NCBI GenBank assembly: GCA_002269645.1
Contig: NIVC01000194.1
Location: 124,001-188,000 of the forward strand
Length of the DNA: 64,000 bases
Reading direction: 5' to 3'
DNA from: Macrostomum lignano
Taxonomy: Eukaryota
Shown here: one piece after another, positions 24,796 through 36,445 of the stretch
How positions within the stretch are numbered: position 1 is the stretch's first letter
How the letters are laid out: the number at the start of each line of letters is the position of its first letter
Notes under the pieces: generated by a model
The model's input: the letters and a program-made list of their open reading frames with translations, nothing else
Told to the model about the DNA's origin: nothing
Database searches by the model: none
Translations under genes and position numbers: made by a program

Positions 24796-25129
24796 GAAGG
24801 AAGGAAGAGGAAGAATAGGAATAGGAAAACTTGCTAAAAGTCTTGGCATCCAATTGGCAGAATGGCAGTTTAGGTATAGTTACATAGTATATAACCTAGT
24901 TAAAACTAGATTTTCAGATAATATATTTTAGGCCTAGTCCTAAACCCAAATTCCAAATTTTCATAAATAATATATAGAAAAGTTAGGTAGCTATTATAAG
25001 TACCTTGTTTTTAATATTTATATTTATTTAATTTTTTTACTTTATAAATATATTTTTAGGAAGTGCTTATCCCCATGGTCCTATTACCATACAGATAATT
25101 CCAATTTTATCCATACAGATCCATGTCGA

Positions 25130-25580
25130 TAATTTCCAGCTTATCCCCATGGCAGCTTATTAAAATAGCTGCTACCATTTCAAGTCTATAGGCCATGTCA
25201 ATAATTCCAATTTTATCCACATAGATCTGTGTTGATCATTTTCAGCTTATCCCCATGGCAGCTTATTATAACAGCTGCCATCATATCATTCAAGTCTATA
25301 GGCCATGTCAATAATTCCAATTTTATCCACATAGATCTGTGTTGATCATTTTCAGCTTATCCCCATGGCAGCTTATTATAACAGCTGCCATCATATCATT
25401 CAAGTCTATAGGCCATGTCAATAATTCCAATTTTATCCACATAGATCTGTGTTGATCATTTTCAGCTTATCCCCATGGCAGCTTATTATAACAGCTGCCA
25501 TCATATCATTCAAGTCTATAGGCCATGTCAATATTTCCAATTTTATCCAATCGATAATTTTCAGCTTATCCCCATGGCTA
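25130..25580. repeat. 110-bp tandem repeat (about 4 copies) with an inverted diverged copy at about 25915-26125
   Basis: TTCAGCTTATCCCCATGGCA recurs at 25241, 25351 and 25461; reverse-complement similarity lies at 25915-26125. Confidence 0.88.
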
Positions 25581-26819
25581 AGATTGTGCAGTTGTTTGTG
25601 TTTAGTTTTGTGTATTGACCTTAAATCAATATTGTCATTATTATTAGTATTATTAATCATTATTATCACATTTTGAATTTTGAATTTTGCAAGTCTTATT
25701 TGCCTCAATCTTAGGGTTGTTTGGTCATTCTAGGCAAAGCTGGCAGCTAAGCAAATATTTAAAATTAACCCTTTTAATGATGAAAAAGTTTTAATAAAGT
25801 TACTCAATATTATTCAGTATTCAGTAGTTTATTTTAATTGGAAGATTTGTAAAACAGTGAAAACAAATATATAGTTTTTTAACAGATTCATTTTAAGATT
25901 CTCTATTCCCATTTGCCATGGCGATAAGTTGAAAATTATCGATACTTTTATATAGATCCATGTGAATAAAATTGGAATTTCAGGGAATTATTGACATGGC
26001 CTATACCTAAATAGTGGCAGATATTTCAATAAGCTACTGTAGGAATAAGCTGGAAATTGACACGGATCTGTGTGGATAAAATTAGAATTATCAGTATGGG
26101 ACTGTGGGGATAAGCATTTCCATATTTTTAACCTATTTTAAATGAGAAGAGATTCATAAAAAGCAAAATTTCATAATATTTTCTTAGATTTTATGTAAAA
26201 TAATATTGTATAGTCCTATATACTAAAAATGAGTTGTCTGTATGCATATGGGTAAGCGATTGATTAGAGAAAAAATGGCTCAACCAATTTTTTTTAAACT
26301 TTCACCATTCAATCGGAAATTTTCCTGGGACAGTACAGCATCTTGGCTAAGAGATTGCTCAATGTTAAAGGGATTAAATATTCAAAAAACATCCTTTTTT
26401 ACAAAGGTCAAGCAGCTCTTTTGACCTGAAATGCATTGTAAGAATGCTAGAGACAAAACTGACTGACTGAATTTTGATTCTGATAAAGATTGTATCACAA
26501 CAAGTTGAAAACAGTGCCAAAGAAATGCACGCAAGACTTGATTCAAATTGTGTAACCAATATTGCTAACTTGAATTTGAGACTGATACTGGTTGACTGAG
26601 AAATTGATTATGTCTTAACTATTTACTCTAACTGACTTGCTGTAAGAATTGAGTTATAAGGGCAGCAATTCATATTCTCCAATTGAAAAGAGATAGCCTA
26701 GATGCAAATAGACTGGATTGCTAATGTAGTGACCTGGGTTCGAATCTTAGTAGTGCAAAAAGATTTTTTTATTAATAAAACACCTTAAAAACCAAAAATG
26801 TTGAACATAAAAAAGCACA

Positions 26820-27890
26820 ATGTCAAACACAAAAGAGCCACCATGTCAAACATAGAAGAGACACCATGTCAAACATAGAAGAGCCACCATGTCAAGCATA
26901 CATGTGACTCCATGTCAAACAATAAAGAGCCACCATGTCAAGCATACACGTGACTCCATGTCAAACAATAAAGAGCCACCATGTCAAGCATACACGTGAC
27001 TCCATGTCAAACAATAAAGAGCCACCATGTCAAGCATACACGTGACTCCATGTCAAACAATAAAGAGCCACCATGTCAAGCATACACGTGACTCCATGTC
27101 AAACAATAAAGAGCCACCATGTCAAGCATACACGTGACTCCATGTCAAACAATAAAGAGCCACCATGTCAAGCATACACGTGACTCCATGTCAAACAATA
27201 AAGAGCCACCATGTCAAGCATACACGTGACTCCATGTCAAACAATAAAGAGCCACCATGTCAAACATACACGTGACTCCATGTCAAACAATAAAGAGCCA
27301 CCATGTCAAGCATACACGTGACTCCATGTCAAACAATAAAGAGCCACCATGTCAAGCATACACGTGACTCCATGTCAAACAATAAAGAGCCACCATGTCA
27401 AACAATAAAGAGCCACCATGTCAAGCATACACGTGACTCCATGTCAAACAATAAAGAGACACCATGTCAAACATAGAAGAGCCACCATGTCAAGCATACA
27501 CGTGACTCCATGTCAAACAATAAAGAGCCACCATGTCAAGCATACACGTGACTCCATGTCAAACAATAAAGAGCCACCATGTCAAGCATACACGTGACTC
27601 CATGTCAAACAATAAAGAGCCACCATGTCAAGCATACACATGACTCCATGTCAAACAATAAAGAGCCACCATGTCAAACAATAAAGAGCCACCATGTCAA
27701 ACATTAAAGAGCTACCATGTCAAACAATAAAGAGCCACCATGTCAAACAATAAAGAGCCACCATGTCAAACATTAAAGAGCTACCATGTCAAACAATAAA
27801 GAGCCACCATGTCAAACAATAAAGAGCCACCATGTCAAACATTAAAGAGCCACCATGTCAAACATTAAAGAGCTACCATGTCAAACATTA
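26820..27890 (-). repeat. Right-arm array of the same 23-bp family, largely as a homogeneous 46-bp dimer
   Basis: (GAGCCACCATGTCAAGCATACACGTGACTCCATGTCAAACAATAAA)n is the reverse complement of left-arm units. Confidence 0.95.
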
Positions 27891-28778
27891 AGCAGTAACA
27901 GGATTAAAACTAATTTCCACTACATATACATGCATTTTGTTTTGCATAAGCAGTAAACCAAAAGTAAAAAAGTGAGTTTTGGTTGTACTAAACTTTGTTT
28001 TTCTGAATTTTGATTTCAGAAAATTTCAATTTTGATTTTGGAAAGTTATCAAATTTCAATTTCTACAGAAAATGCTCTTTTGGAACATCTCTAATAATGC
28101 TAAAGCACAATGAAATAATTTGACTCTATTCTAAAGTGTGCATCTGTGGGCTTTCAACATTTATTCCAATAGGGAAACAGCTGGAAGTGATTTGAGTAAA
28201 GAATGGTATTAATTGAGAGCTTATATGGCATTCTTTCAGGTGATGTCAGATTCAAATAGTTCTGAGAAGCACCCTTTGTATTAACAAACATTTTCTAACA
28301 TTACATTTTTGCACAACCTGGTATATGTTTAGCTACAGGTTTTTTGATAAATATTAATAAGCTAATCTCAAAGTCATGTATATAATCAATAATATTTTTC
28401 AAGGTAGACTTCTAGATTTTTTCCATTGCTACCAACACAATAAAATTAATTTTTTATTTAATAGATTAAGAGTAACCAAACCAATCTTTATGAGCTAATG
28501 CTTTAGTATTTGCTAGGATATCCTTCTATATTTTATCACTGTTAATTTGCAACATTTTTGCTAATTTGTATACCGCAATTATGTATATTTTAAGGTTTTC
28601 TCTAACCTGCAAATATTATGTGCAAGGACTTCTGTAATTAGCTGATAATAGGCTTGCTTTGATGCCTGGGACTGACTGTATGTTGCATTCTTGGCTGTGC
28701 AGCAGTAACAGCAACCAGCAGCAGCAGATTCTCTGCTTCTATCAAACATTTGTTAAAACCCCAATTTCAGCTCTCCCC

Positions 28779-31700
28779 ATGTCAGGCGCTGGCTACTCAT
28801 TCCTGCTGTTTGAAATTGTCTGCGTAGTCTTGCTAACAGCTTCTCTGCTGCATCACTATGGCAACTGGCGGAGGCAGCAGCTGGTGGTCACCGGAGTCAC
28901 ATTTCTGGCCTGGCAGTTCTGCTTTCTGATCGTCTTCATACTGCCTACTGACATCAACTGTGTAAGCAATGGGCTGCTGAGTAGTATAAAATGCAGCAGG
29001 AATTCCAGCTCACTGAGTTACCGAACCCGCAGACATTCTATGAGGACTGCCTGATGAGCAACGTCTCCGGCCTGGAGGCCAACGGCACCTCTGCGCCAGC
29101 CTGCCGGGAGCCGTGGAACCATATTCCCAGGGCATTTCTGGTCAGCTTCTGGCGCGTCATCTACTGGTCCTGCCAGTTCCTTACCTGGTGTGTGTTTAGT
29201 TCCTATTCGCTTCTGGCCTGGTTATGCCAGATGGTTATGCTAGGAGCTGCTTTGTAAAGCTTTCGTGATTTGGTATCTCATGCGTTGAGATTTCAGGGTC
29301 TGGTATCTCATGGATTGAGATTTCAGGGTCTGGTATCTCATGGGTTGAGATTTCAGGGTCGGGTATCTCATGCGTTGAGATTTCAGGGTATGGTATCTCA
29401 TGGGTTGAGATTTCAGGGTCTGGTATCTCCTGGGTTGAGATTTCAGGGTCTGGGGTTGAGATTTCAGGGTCTGGTATCTCCTGGGTTGAGATTTCAGGGT
29501 CTGGTATCTAATTGGTTGAGATTTCAGGGTCTGGTATCTCCTGGGTTGAGATTTCAGGGTCTGGTATCTAATTGGTTGAGATTTCAGGGTCTGGTATCTA
29601 ATTGGTTGAGATTTCAGGGTCTGGTATCTAATTGGTTGAGATTTCAGGGTCTGGTATCTAATTGGTTGAGATTTCAGTGTCTGGTATCTAATTGGTTAGA
29701 TTTCAGGGTCTGGTATCTAATTGGTTGAGATTTCAGGGTCTGGTATCTAATTGGTTGAGATTTCAGGGTCTGGTATCTAATTGGTTGAGATTTCAGGGTC
29801 TGGTATCTAATTGGTTGAGATTTCAGGGTCTGGAACCTCATAGGTACGATTCGGAAATCTGGATTGTATGTCTCATTATTGGGATTTGGCAGCTGGTTTT
29901 TATCCTTTGATTTGTGACCAAGCATACCAATTTCTTCCCCAGGATTTTCTTGCCCATCATGCAGTCCTACGCCAAGGCGGGCGAGTTCAACGTCCTGGGC
30001 AAAGTGAAGGTCTCCCTGGTTGACAATGCGTTGTACTATTCGACCTACCTGCTCATCTTTGCCATCTGCTTCATCTATGTGGCCACTAGACCGGACATTC
30101 ACATTGATTTGTAAGTTGAACTCCTTGATTATAATTATTTACTATCGGGCTACTACTACTAAATAGCTAGGAGCACTGAGTAGCTATCTGAGCAGTGTGA
30201 GTAGCTATCTGAGCACTGAGTAGCTATCTGAGCACTGTGAGTAGCTATCTGAGCACTGTGAGTAGCTATCTGAGCACTGTGAGTAGCTATCTGAGCACTG
30301 TGAGTAGCTATCTGAGCACTGTGAGTAGCTATCTGAGCACTGTGAGTAGCTATCTGAGCACTGTGAGTAGCTACCAACTAGAAATTCTATAAAGAGAAAC
30401 GGACCACAAATTCCAGTGCCCAACTCCGCGTGATCGGCATCACGGCCAGCAACACCTGGGGCCTGGTGCTCATCGTGCTGTTCCTCGGCTACGGCCTGGT
30501 CGAGCTGCCCCGCACCGTCTGGAGCGCCGGCTGTCCGGGCGAGAGCCTGAAGCGGGCCTACTTCCGGCTGGCCAAGGTCAACTCGGAGCTCATCGAGCAC
30601 CAGGAGGAACTGGAGGACCTGGCCGCCGAGGCCGTCCAGCTGGCCGAGTGCGTGCCCGGCCCGGAGCATCCGCTTGCTGCCAATGCCCGGACAGTGGCCG
30701 AGCTGGCCGAGAGCAGCGGCTACTGCGGAGGACGCGACGCCGGGCTCGGCCGGGGCAAACCGACCGCTTCGTCCATCGCGGCGGCCAGGCGGCGGCTAAA
30801 CGAAGACGAGGACGGCGGCGGCCTCACAGCGAAGCGGCTGGTGAAGCTGCACTGCCAGCTAAAGAAGGCGATCGGCCTGGAGCAGCGGAGCCGCTGCCTG
30901 CTGCAGGTGCGGGGGTTGCTGGGGCTTCTGCTAATTTGTTGTTCTCCTGACATTCAGTTCTTGTCGGATACGAATGTTTAAATTGTTTCTTAGAATTTGA
31001 TCCAAAGGTGAGAGGCCAAGAATCTGAGATTCTAAAGGTGAGAGGCCAAGGATCCAGTATTCAATAAGTAGATTTCTCAGTCCATTCGAAAATCCGCCCC
31101 AATTCTCGCTGTCCCAGGAGGCCTACGCCTCGGCCGCCTTCCTGGAGGACATCGAGTCCAACCGCGGCTCCCGGCTGCACTTCTTCCGTCGCGGCGAGGG
31201 CGACTTCGATAGCGAAAGCGGCGGACTCCTGCGGCGCCTGCTGGGCCCGGGCGTGGAGTTCTACTGGAAGTGCCACGCCCGCAGCTGGCTGCTCCGCGGC
31301 GCCGCCTGCTTCCTGCTGGCCGCGTCCGGCCTCATGCTGTGGTGCGAGTGCACCTTCTTTATTAAGTGGCCGGTGCTGACCCGCTGGCCCTGCTGGTGCA
31401 GGCCGGCCGCGGCGCCCTGTCGGTGCAGCTGATCTGCCTGCTGGCCATCGGCTACCTGTGCGCCTGCACCTACTTCACCGTGTTCCGCCTGAAGCTGTTC
31501 AACTACTTCCGCCTGGTGCCCAACCACCAGACAGACGAGAACAGCCTCATCTTCAGCGGCATGCTGTTCTGCCGGCTCACCCCGCCGCTGTGCCTGAACT
31601 TCCTGGGCCTGGTGCACCTGGACTCCCACCTGGCCAGCGGGTTGAAGGCGCAGACGGCCTACACTCAGCTAATGGGCCATCTGGATCTCGTGGCCATCAT

Positions 31701-32722
31701 CTCCAATGGTGTCAACCTGTACTTCCCCATCGCCATCCTGTTGCTGGCCTTGGCCAGCTACTTCCGGCTGGGCAGCCGCCTGCTGCACTGCCTGGGCGTG
31801 CAGCAGTTCATCAGCTCGGACGATGAGCTCACCTCCGACTTGCTGGAGGAGGGCCGACTGCTGCTTCGCAGAGGTGAGACAATTGCTGGTAACGCTCAAT
31901 AGTGACTAGTAAGGGCTAGTAGTGGCCAATAGTAGGTACTAGTGGCTAATAGTAGCTAGTAGTGGCTAGTAGCTGTAGCTAGTAGTGGCTAATAGTAGCT
32001 AGTAAGTGACTAGTAATGCTTAGTAGTGGCTAGTAATGACTAGTAGTAGCTAGTGGTGGTCAATAGTAGCTAGTAGTGGCTAGTAATGCTTAGTAGTGGC
32101 TAGTAAGGACTAGTAGTAGCTAGTAGCGGCTAATAGTATCTAATTGTGGCTATCTAATTGAGCCTAGTAGTGGCTAGTATTGCCTAGTAGTGGCTAGTAG
32201 TAGCTAGCAGTGACTAGAAGTAGCTAGTAGTGGCTAATAGTAGCTAGTAGTGGCTAGTAGTGCCTAGTAGTGGCTAGTAATGCCTAGTAGTGGCTAGTAG
32301 ACGTAGATCAAGAGAAATCCAAGCCCCGCACCAACCACCGACTTTTCACAGAGCGCGCCAGGCGTAGCCGCGGCGCCCCCGGCGGCAGCAGCTCGACTGG
32401 CGGCCTGTTGAAAAGCACCGACAGCGGCGACGAGGAGGACGAGCTGTTTGCGCGGAAGCCACCGCCAGCGCGCCAGCTTCCCAGGAGCTCCGGGGCTGCC
32501 GGCGCTGCTGCGGCACCTGTCGCCGAGCTGTCACCGTCGCCGCCGCGATCGAGTCGCTTTGAGCGGCTGCTGCAGGCGGACGGCGAGCCGGTGGAGTTCG
32601 AGGCCGACACGCAGCCGCTGTTCCCGTCGGCCAGAGCTGCCGTACAGCAGCAGCAGCTCCGCCAGCAGCCGCCGCCCTACAAGTCTGGCAGCGGGCGGGG
32701 CGGATTTTTTGATGATGTCTGA
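28779..32722 (+). CDS. LMBRD2: LMBR1-domain-containing protein 2 (multi-pass membrane protein), about 707 aa if one missing base is restored
   Basis: Exons 28779-28961, 29033-29187, 29943-30110, 30417-30906, 31118-31873 and 32352-32722 are all GT-AG. Motifs include [81 protein letters not shown] and FPIAILLLAL. There is an apparent -1 frameshift at about 31380. Confidence 0.9.
29270..29835. repeat. 30-bp intronic minisatellite (GAGATTTCAGGGTCTGGTATCTAATTGGTT)n
   Basis: Direct. Confidence 0.95.
30172..30374. repeat. 21-bp intronic minisatellite (GAGTAGCTATCTGAGCACTGT)n
   Basis: Direct. Confidence 0.94.
31900..32300. repeat. Degenerate (TAGTAGTGGC/TAGC)n intronic repeat
   Basis: Direct. Confidence 0.9.
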
Positions 32723-34089
32723 CTGGCTGTCCTGACCTTCTAGTGGACCTTGAATCCTCCTAGTGCACCTTGAATCCTCCTAGTGTACCTTGAACCCTCC
32801 CAGTGTACTTAAAATCCTTATTCCTTAGTAAAACCATATGCCCAAGTCAGCTGTTGTGGCCCCATGCCTTGCCTTTCTTCTCTGTGATTTATTGGGATCA
32901 ATTTCTGATTATTTTACCTGTTGTTTTATCTGTGCAAATGTTAAAACTGTTGGTTGTCATCGGAGAACTCGGTGCGTCTATTGTAGCCTTGTCAAAGCCG
33001 TGTTGTTCCAGTGCATTATCGTACAGCAAGTACTCTGTCTTGTTTTATTTTTAACCGTCTTCCCATGCATATTCCTTATTTAAGCTTGGGATCTGCACTG
33101 CTGATTCCGCAGGTTACAAATTTGTAAATTGACGATTCCAGTCACGCGTGCATTGTTGTACTCATTTCCGCTGTTTACTACTGTTAGTAGTGTTGTATCT
33201 GTGCCGTTGTCTGTCTGCGAATAATTCCATTATTGAGTCTTTATTCATCAGCTCTTTATCCTTTCTTTAGCCTGTGTTATACGCTCGTACTATATATTAA
33301 TAAATACACTTACTAAGGCAGAGTGAGAAGACTTATGGCGATTATTCTGAAAATTTTAATTTTCGCTTGTCGCGATCTGACTCGTTTTTTTTTCACACGC
33401 TACTTGCAGTAGCGCAGTTGGGATACAATAAACTTAAGTTGTCTCAGAAAAAATGGAATCAGCTCTGAAATATCCCTCTTTTAATCTATAAAAAGCTCAT
33501 TAAAAGAACTGCTTTTCTCGCGTATTCTCATCATGCTACTTTTAGTGACGAGTAGCGTTTGATTTTAAAATCAGCTGTGGCGGTATAGAAAAATAATGAA
33601 CAGTAATGATACAAGCTAGCATGCTAAGAGATTTAAAAGTCAATCCATGTGCCTTCAATATTTTAAAGTAGAAGAGTCATCTACAGGAGGTTGCGGTTTT
33701 GTCAGGCCACAGTTCATGTGGCTTATGTACACAAACTAAATGTACATGTTGACCCGAGGCTGGTTCCTGCATGCAGAGAAGCAAAGCGGTTCCCGTTTCG
33801 AATGCTTCTAGTAAAGCTTAAAATAATTTTAAATGCCGATCCATGAGCAAATGCAGCAGTGGATTGAATGCAAAGCTTGGGTTCTTCTGGCTCACAGCGG
33901 CCTGCTCAGCCAGCCAGACCGGTCCTGAATGCGGCCAATCCCAGTTAGCAAATTCTTCGAGTGCAACTAAAGTTCGCCGACGTTGTAAATTACTTTGATC
34001 ACATCGGCGTGCTGCTCTGAGAAAGTTGGTCCCCGTCTCTCTCTGTCTTTGTTTTATTTGTGTCCGTCTTCCGTTTTGCTAGTGTCATG

Positions 34090-34179
34090 TACGGTCTGTC
34101 GATCTGTCTGTCTGTCAGCGTGTGTCTGTCTGCCTACCTGTCTGTCTACCTGCCTGTCTGTCTTTCTATCTGCCTGCCG

Positions 34180-34211
<32 letters not shown>

Positions 34212-34660
34212 GCCTGCCGGTCTATCTATCAGCCCGTGTCTGTCTGTCTGTGTGTCTACCTGCCTTTCTATCTGCCTGCCAGTCTATCTATCAGCCTGTG
34301 TCTGTCTGTCTGTCTGTCTACCTGCCTGTCTATCTGCCTGACAGTCTGTCTGTCAGACTGTGTCTGTCTGTCTGTGTGTCTACCTGCCTGTCTATCTGCC
34401 TGCCGGTCTGTCTGTCTGTCTGTCTGTCTACCTGCCTTTCTATCTGCCTGCCAGTCTATCTATCAGCCTGTGTCTGTCTGTCTGTGTGTCTACCTGCCTT
34501 TCTATCTGCCTGCCGGTCTATCTATCAGCCTGTGTCTGTCTGTCTGTGTGTCTACCTGCCTTTCTATCTGCCTGACAGTCTGTCTGTCAGACTGTGTCTG
34601 TCTGTCTACCTGCCTGTCTACCTGCCTGCCGGTCTGTCTGTCAGCCTGTGTCTGTCTGTC
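34090..34660. repeat. Compound (CTGT/CTAT/CCTG)n microsatellite with higher-order blocks
   Basis: Direct. Confidence 0.93.
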
Positions 34661-35411
34661 TTTCCCATCAAGGCTCAGATGCCAAAGGAGATGAGGCAGA
34701 TCTGGAGACTGAACTGCCCGGTCCAGCGTGCCACAGTATGCAATATTTATTCGCTAAATAGTCCATAGCATCTATGTAAATAGGAAAGTGAGGTGTACGG
34801 CCGAAGCGTTCTGATTTAGCAATACGTGTATTATAAATATGCTGTCGGATATCGGGCTAATTTAGTTAATGAACAGCAAGCAGCAACAATCTGTTGCGGG
34901 TGGCGCCTAAGTGAGAATTTGCCGCACAGATGATGCAGAGATATTCTTTAAACGGCTCTAGCAAGTTAGACTATGGATTAATAATTTTAATAGCAATATT
35001 TAAAGAAAAACACACAGCAGACGCGGAGGCTGGGCATCTCAAGATGTCGCGCGTGAGGAACAAAAATGTGACGAGGCAAACAGTTGACGAAGATCAGCTT
35101 AACCTAAACAGCAAAACGCAGCCCCAGCCTGATAGATTAAGACATAATCCGGTCCGGGACGGGGCTTGAGAAATCTTCACCAGCTTACTGGCAGAGCTGC
35201 CTTGCATGGCGACTCGGATTCAGCTTGGATACGGGCACAATGAGGCTTCCACTGGAATAACATGGGGTAAAATGCGGGAGTAAAAATGACTGCATTTTGA
35301 TAGGCCAATGCCTCGCCATCTAATTAGCAAGAACCTGAATAAACATCAGCGCTTAAGGGAGATTTTTTTGCTTTTAAACTTGACCGCACCGCCAAACCAG
35401 GGCCGTTCGAT

Positions 35412-35592
35412 GTGGGGAGAGGCTATCTAGCTCAGTAGCCTAAGTCGTGGATTTGATTCCGTGCGTTGCCACATTAATTCGGGGCTCGTGCACTACATCT
35501 GGCCTGGGACTTGACCCCCCCTCCAAGGCACACAGAGTGTACATACATGACGGCAAGAAACTCCGGGCCGCTGTACACCCTGTGTGAGCGAC
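35412..35592 (+). mobile_element. SINE-like element copy 2: A-box-like head plus hairpin body
   Basis: GGCTATCTAGCTCAGTAG is A-box-like. The body at 35523-35590 is the reverse-complement homologue of the 1090 and 37251 hairpins. Confidence 0.5.
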
Positions 35593-36445
35593 TGTCTCCG
35601 TACTCCGCAATTAGATTAGCTAAACCATCGACTTGCACTGCCCTAGCAACCGTATCCAAGGTGAAATTGCCGCGGGGCAGCAGCGGGGACACGAAAGCAA
35701 CAAGATGAACATGGCGGGCATTGAAAGGCCGCGCACACACAGAGGAAAATCGGGCGCAGAAAAAATAGCAGCTTGTCAATCCATCGATCACAAAGTGGCC
35801 GCCCAGCAGAGTAAAACTGCAGGCACAAACTGAGGCGAAGTGAAAGTCTGGGTGGAGGCGGTGAATTAGAAAAAAAAATACGCGGAGAAAAATATGGCAA
35901 TCAGAACACCAGCATCAACCAGATAAAAATATGAATCCAAACAGTTTACTATTGTTGTGAAATCTAACAGCCGCGCCAAAGGCGCTGTGCGGGCGCAGAA
36001 TAAAAAGGTGCAGAACAAATTCAATAATGAAGAGCAAAAATAGCGGGAGGCTTCAGCAAAAAAACACATGGGTTAAAGCGGCAATAAAAATAGCAAATAT
36101 GATTATAGAATTAATTAGCTAATTAATCGCAGAGAGTAGTTAATCCTATTTTGCCAAGCACAAGAAGGCAGCAAAGCAACTGAAAGAGGGGAATAGAGAA
36201 ACAGGGACGCGCTGGGGCGGCGGCGAGCGTGCCGGCCGCATTAAAATATTGTCTAGGTTGAAAGAGAGTTGGACGCGGGCAGGCGAGAGACGGAGCCGCT
36301 TGACCTCAGGCTGGGGGGTGACGGGGTGAGGAGGCCTCAGTGAAAGCCCTTGGTGGGGAGCCAAAGGTTCGGTTGCGCCAACAAAATAGAAAAAAAGATG
36401 GCTCGCAGACAGTTGCTATGCGGATGTTGCGGTTGCTAAGGCGGC

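Noticed and set aside
33995-34768. Cys/Leu-rich ORFs of up to 257 aa
   Set aside because: Translations of a CTGT microsatellite.
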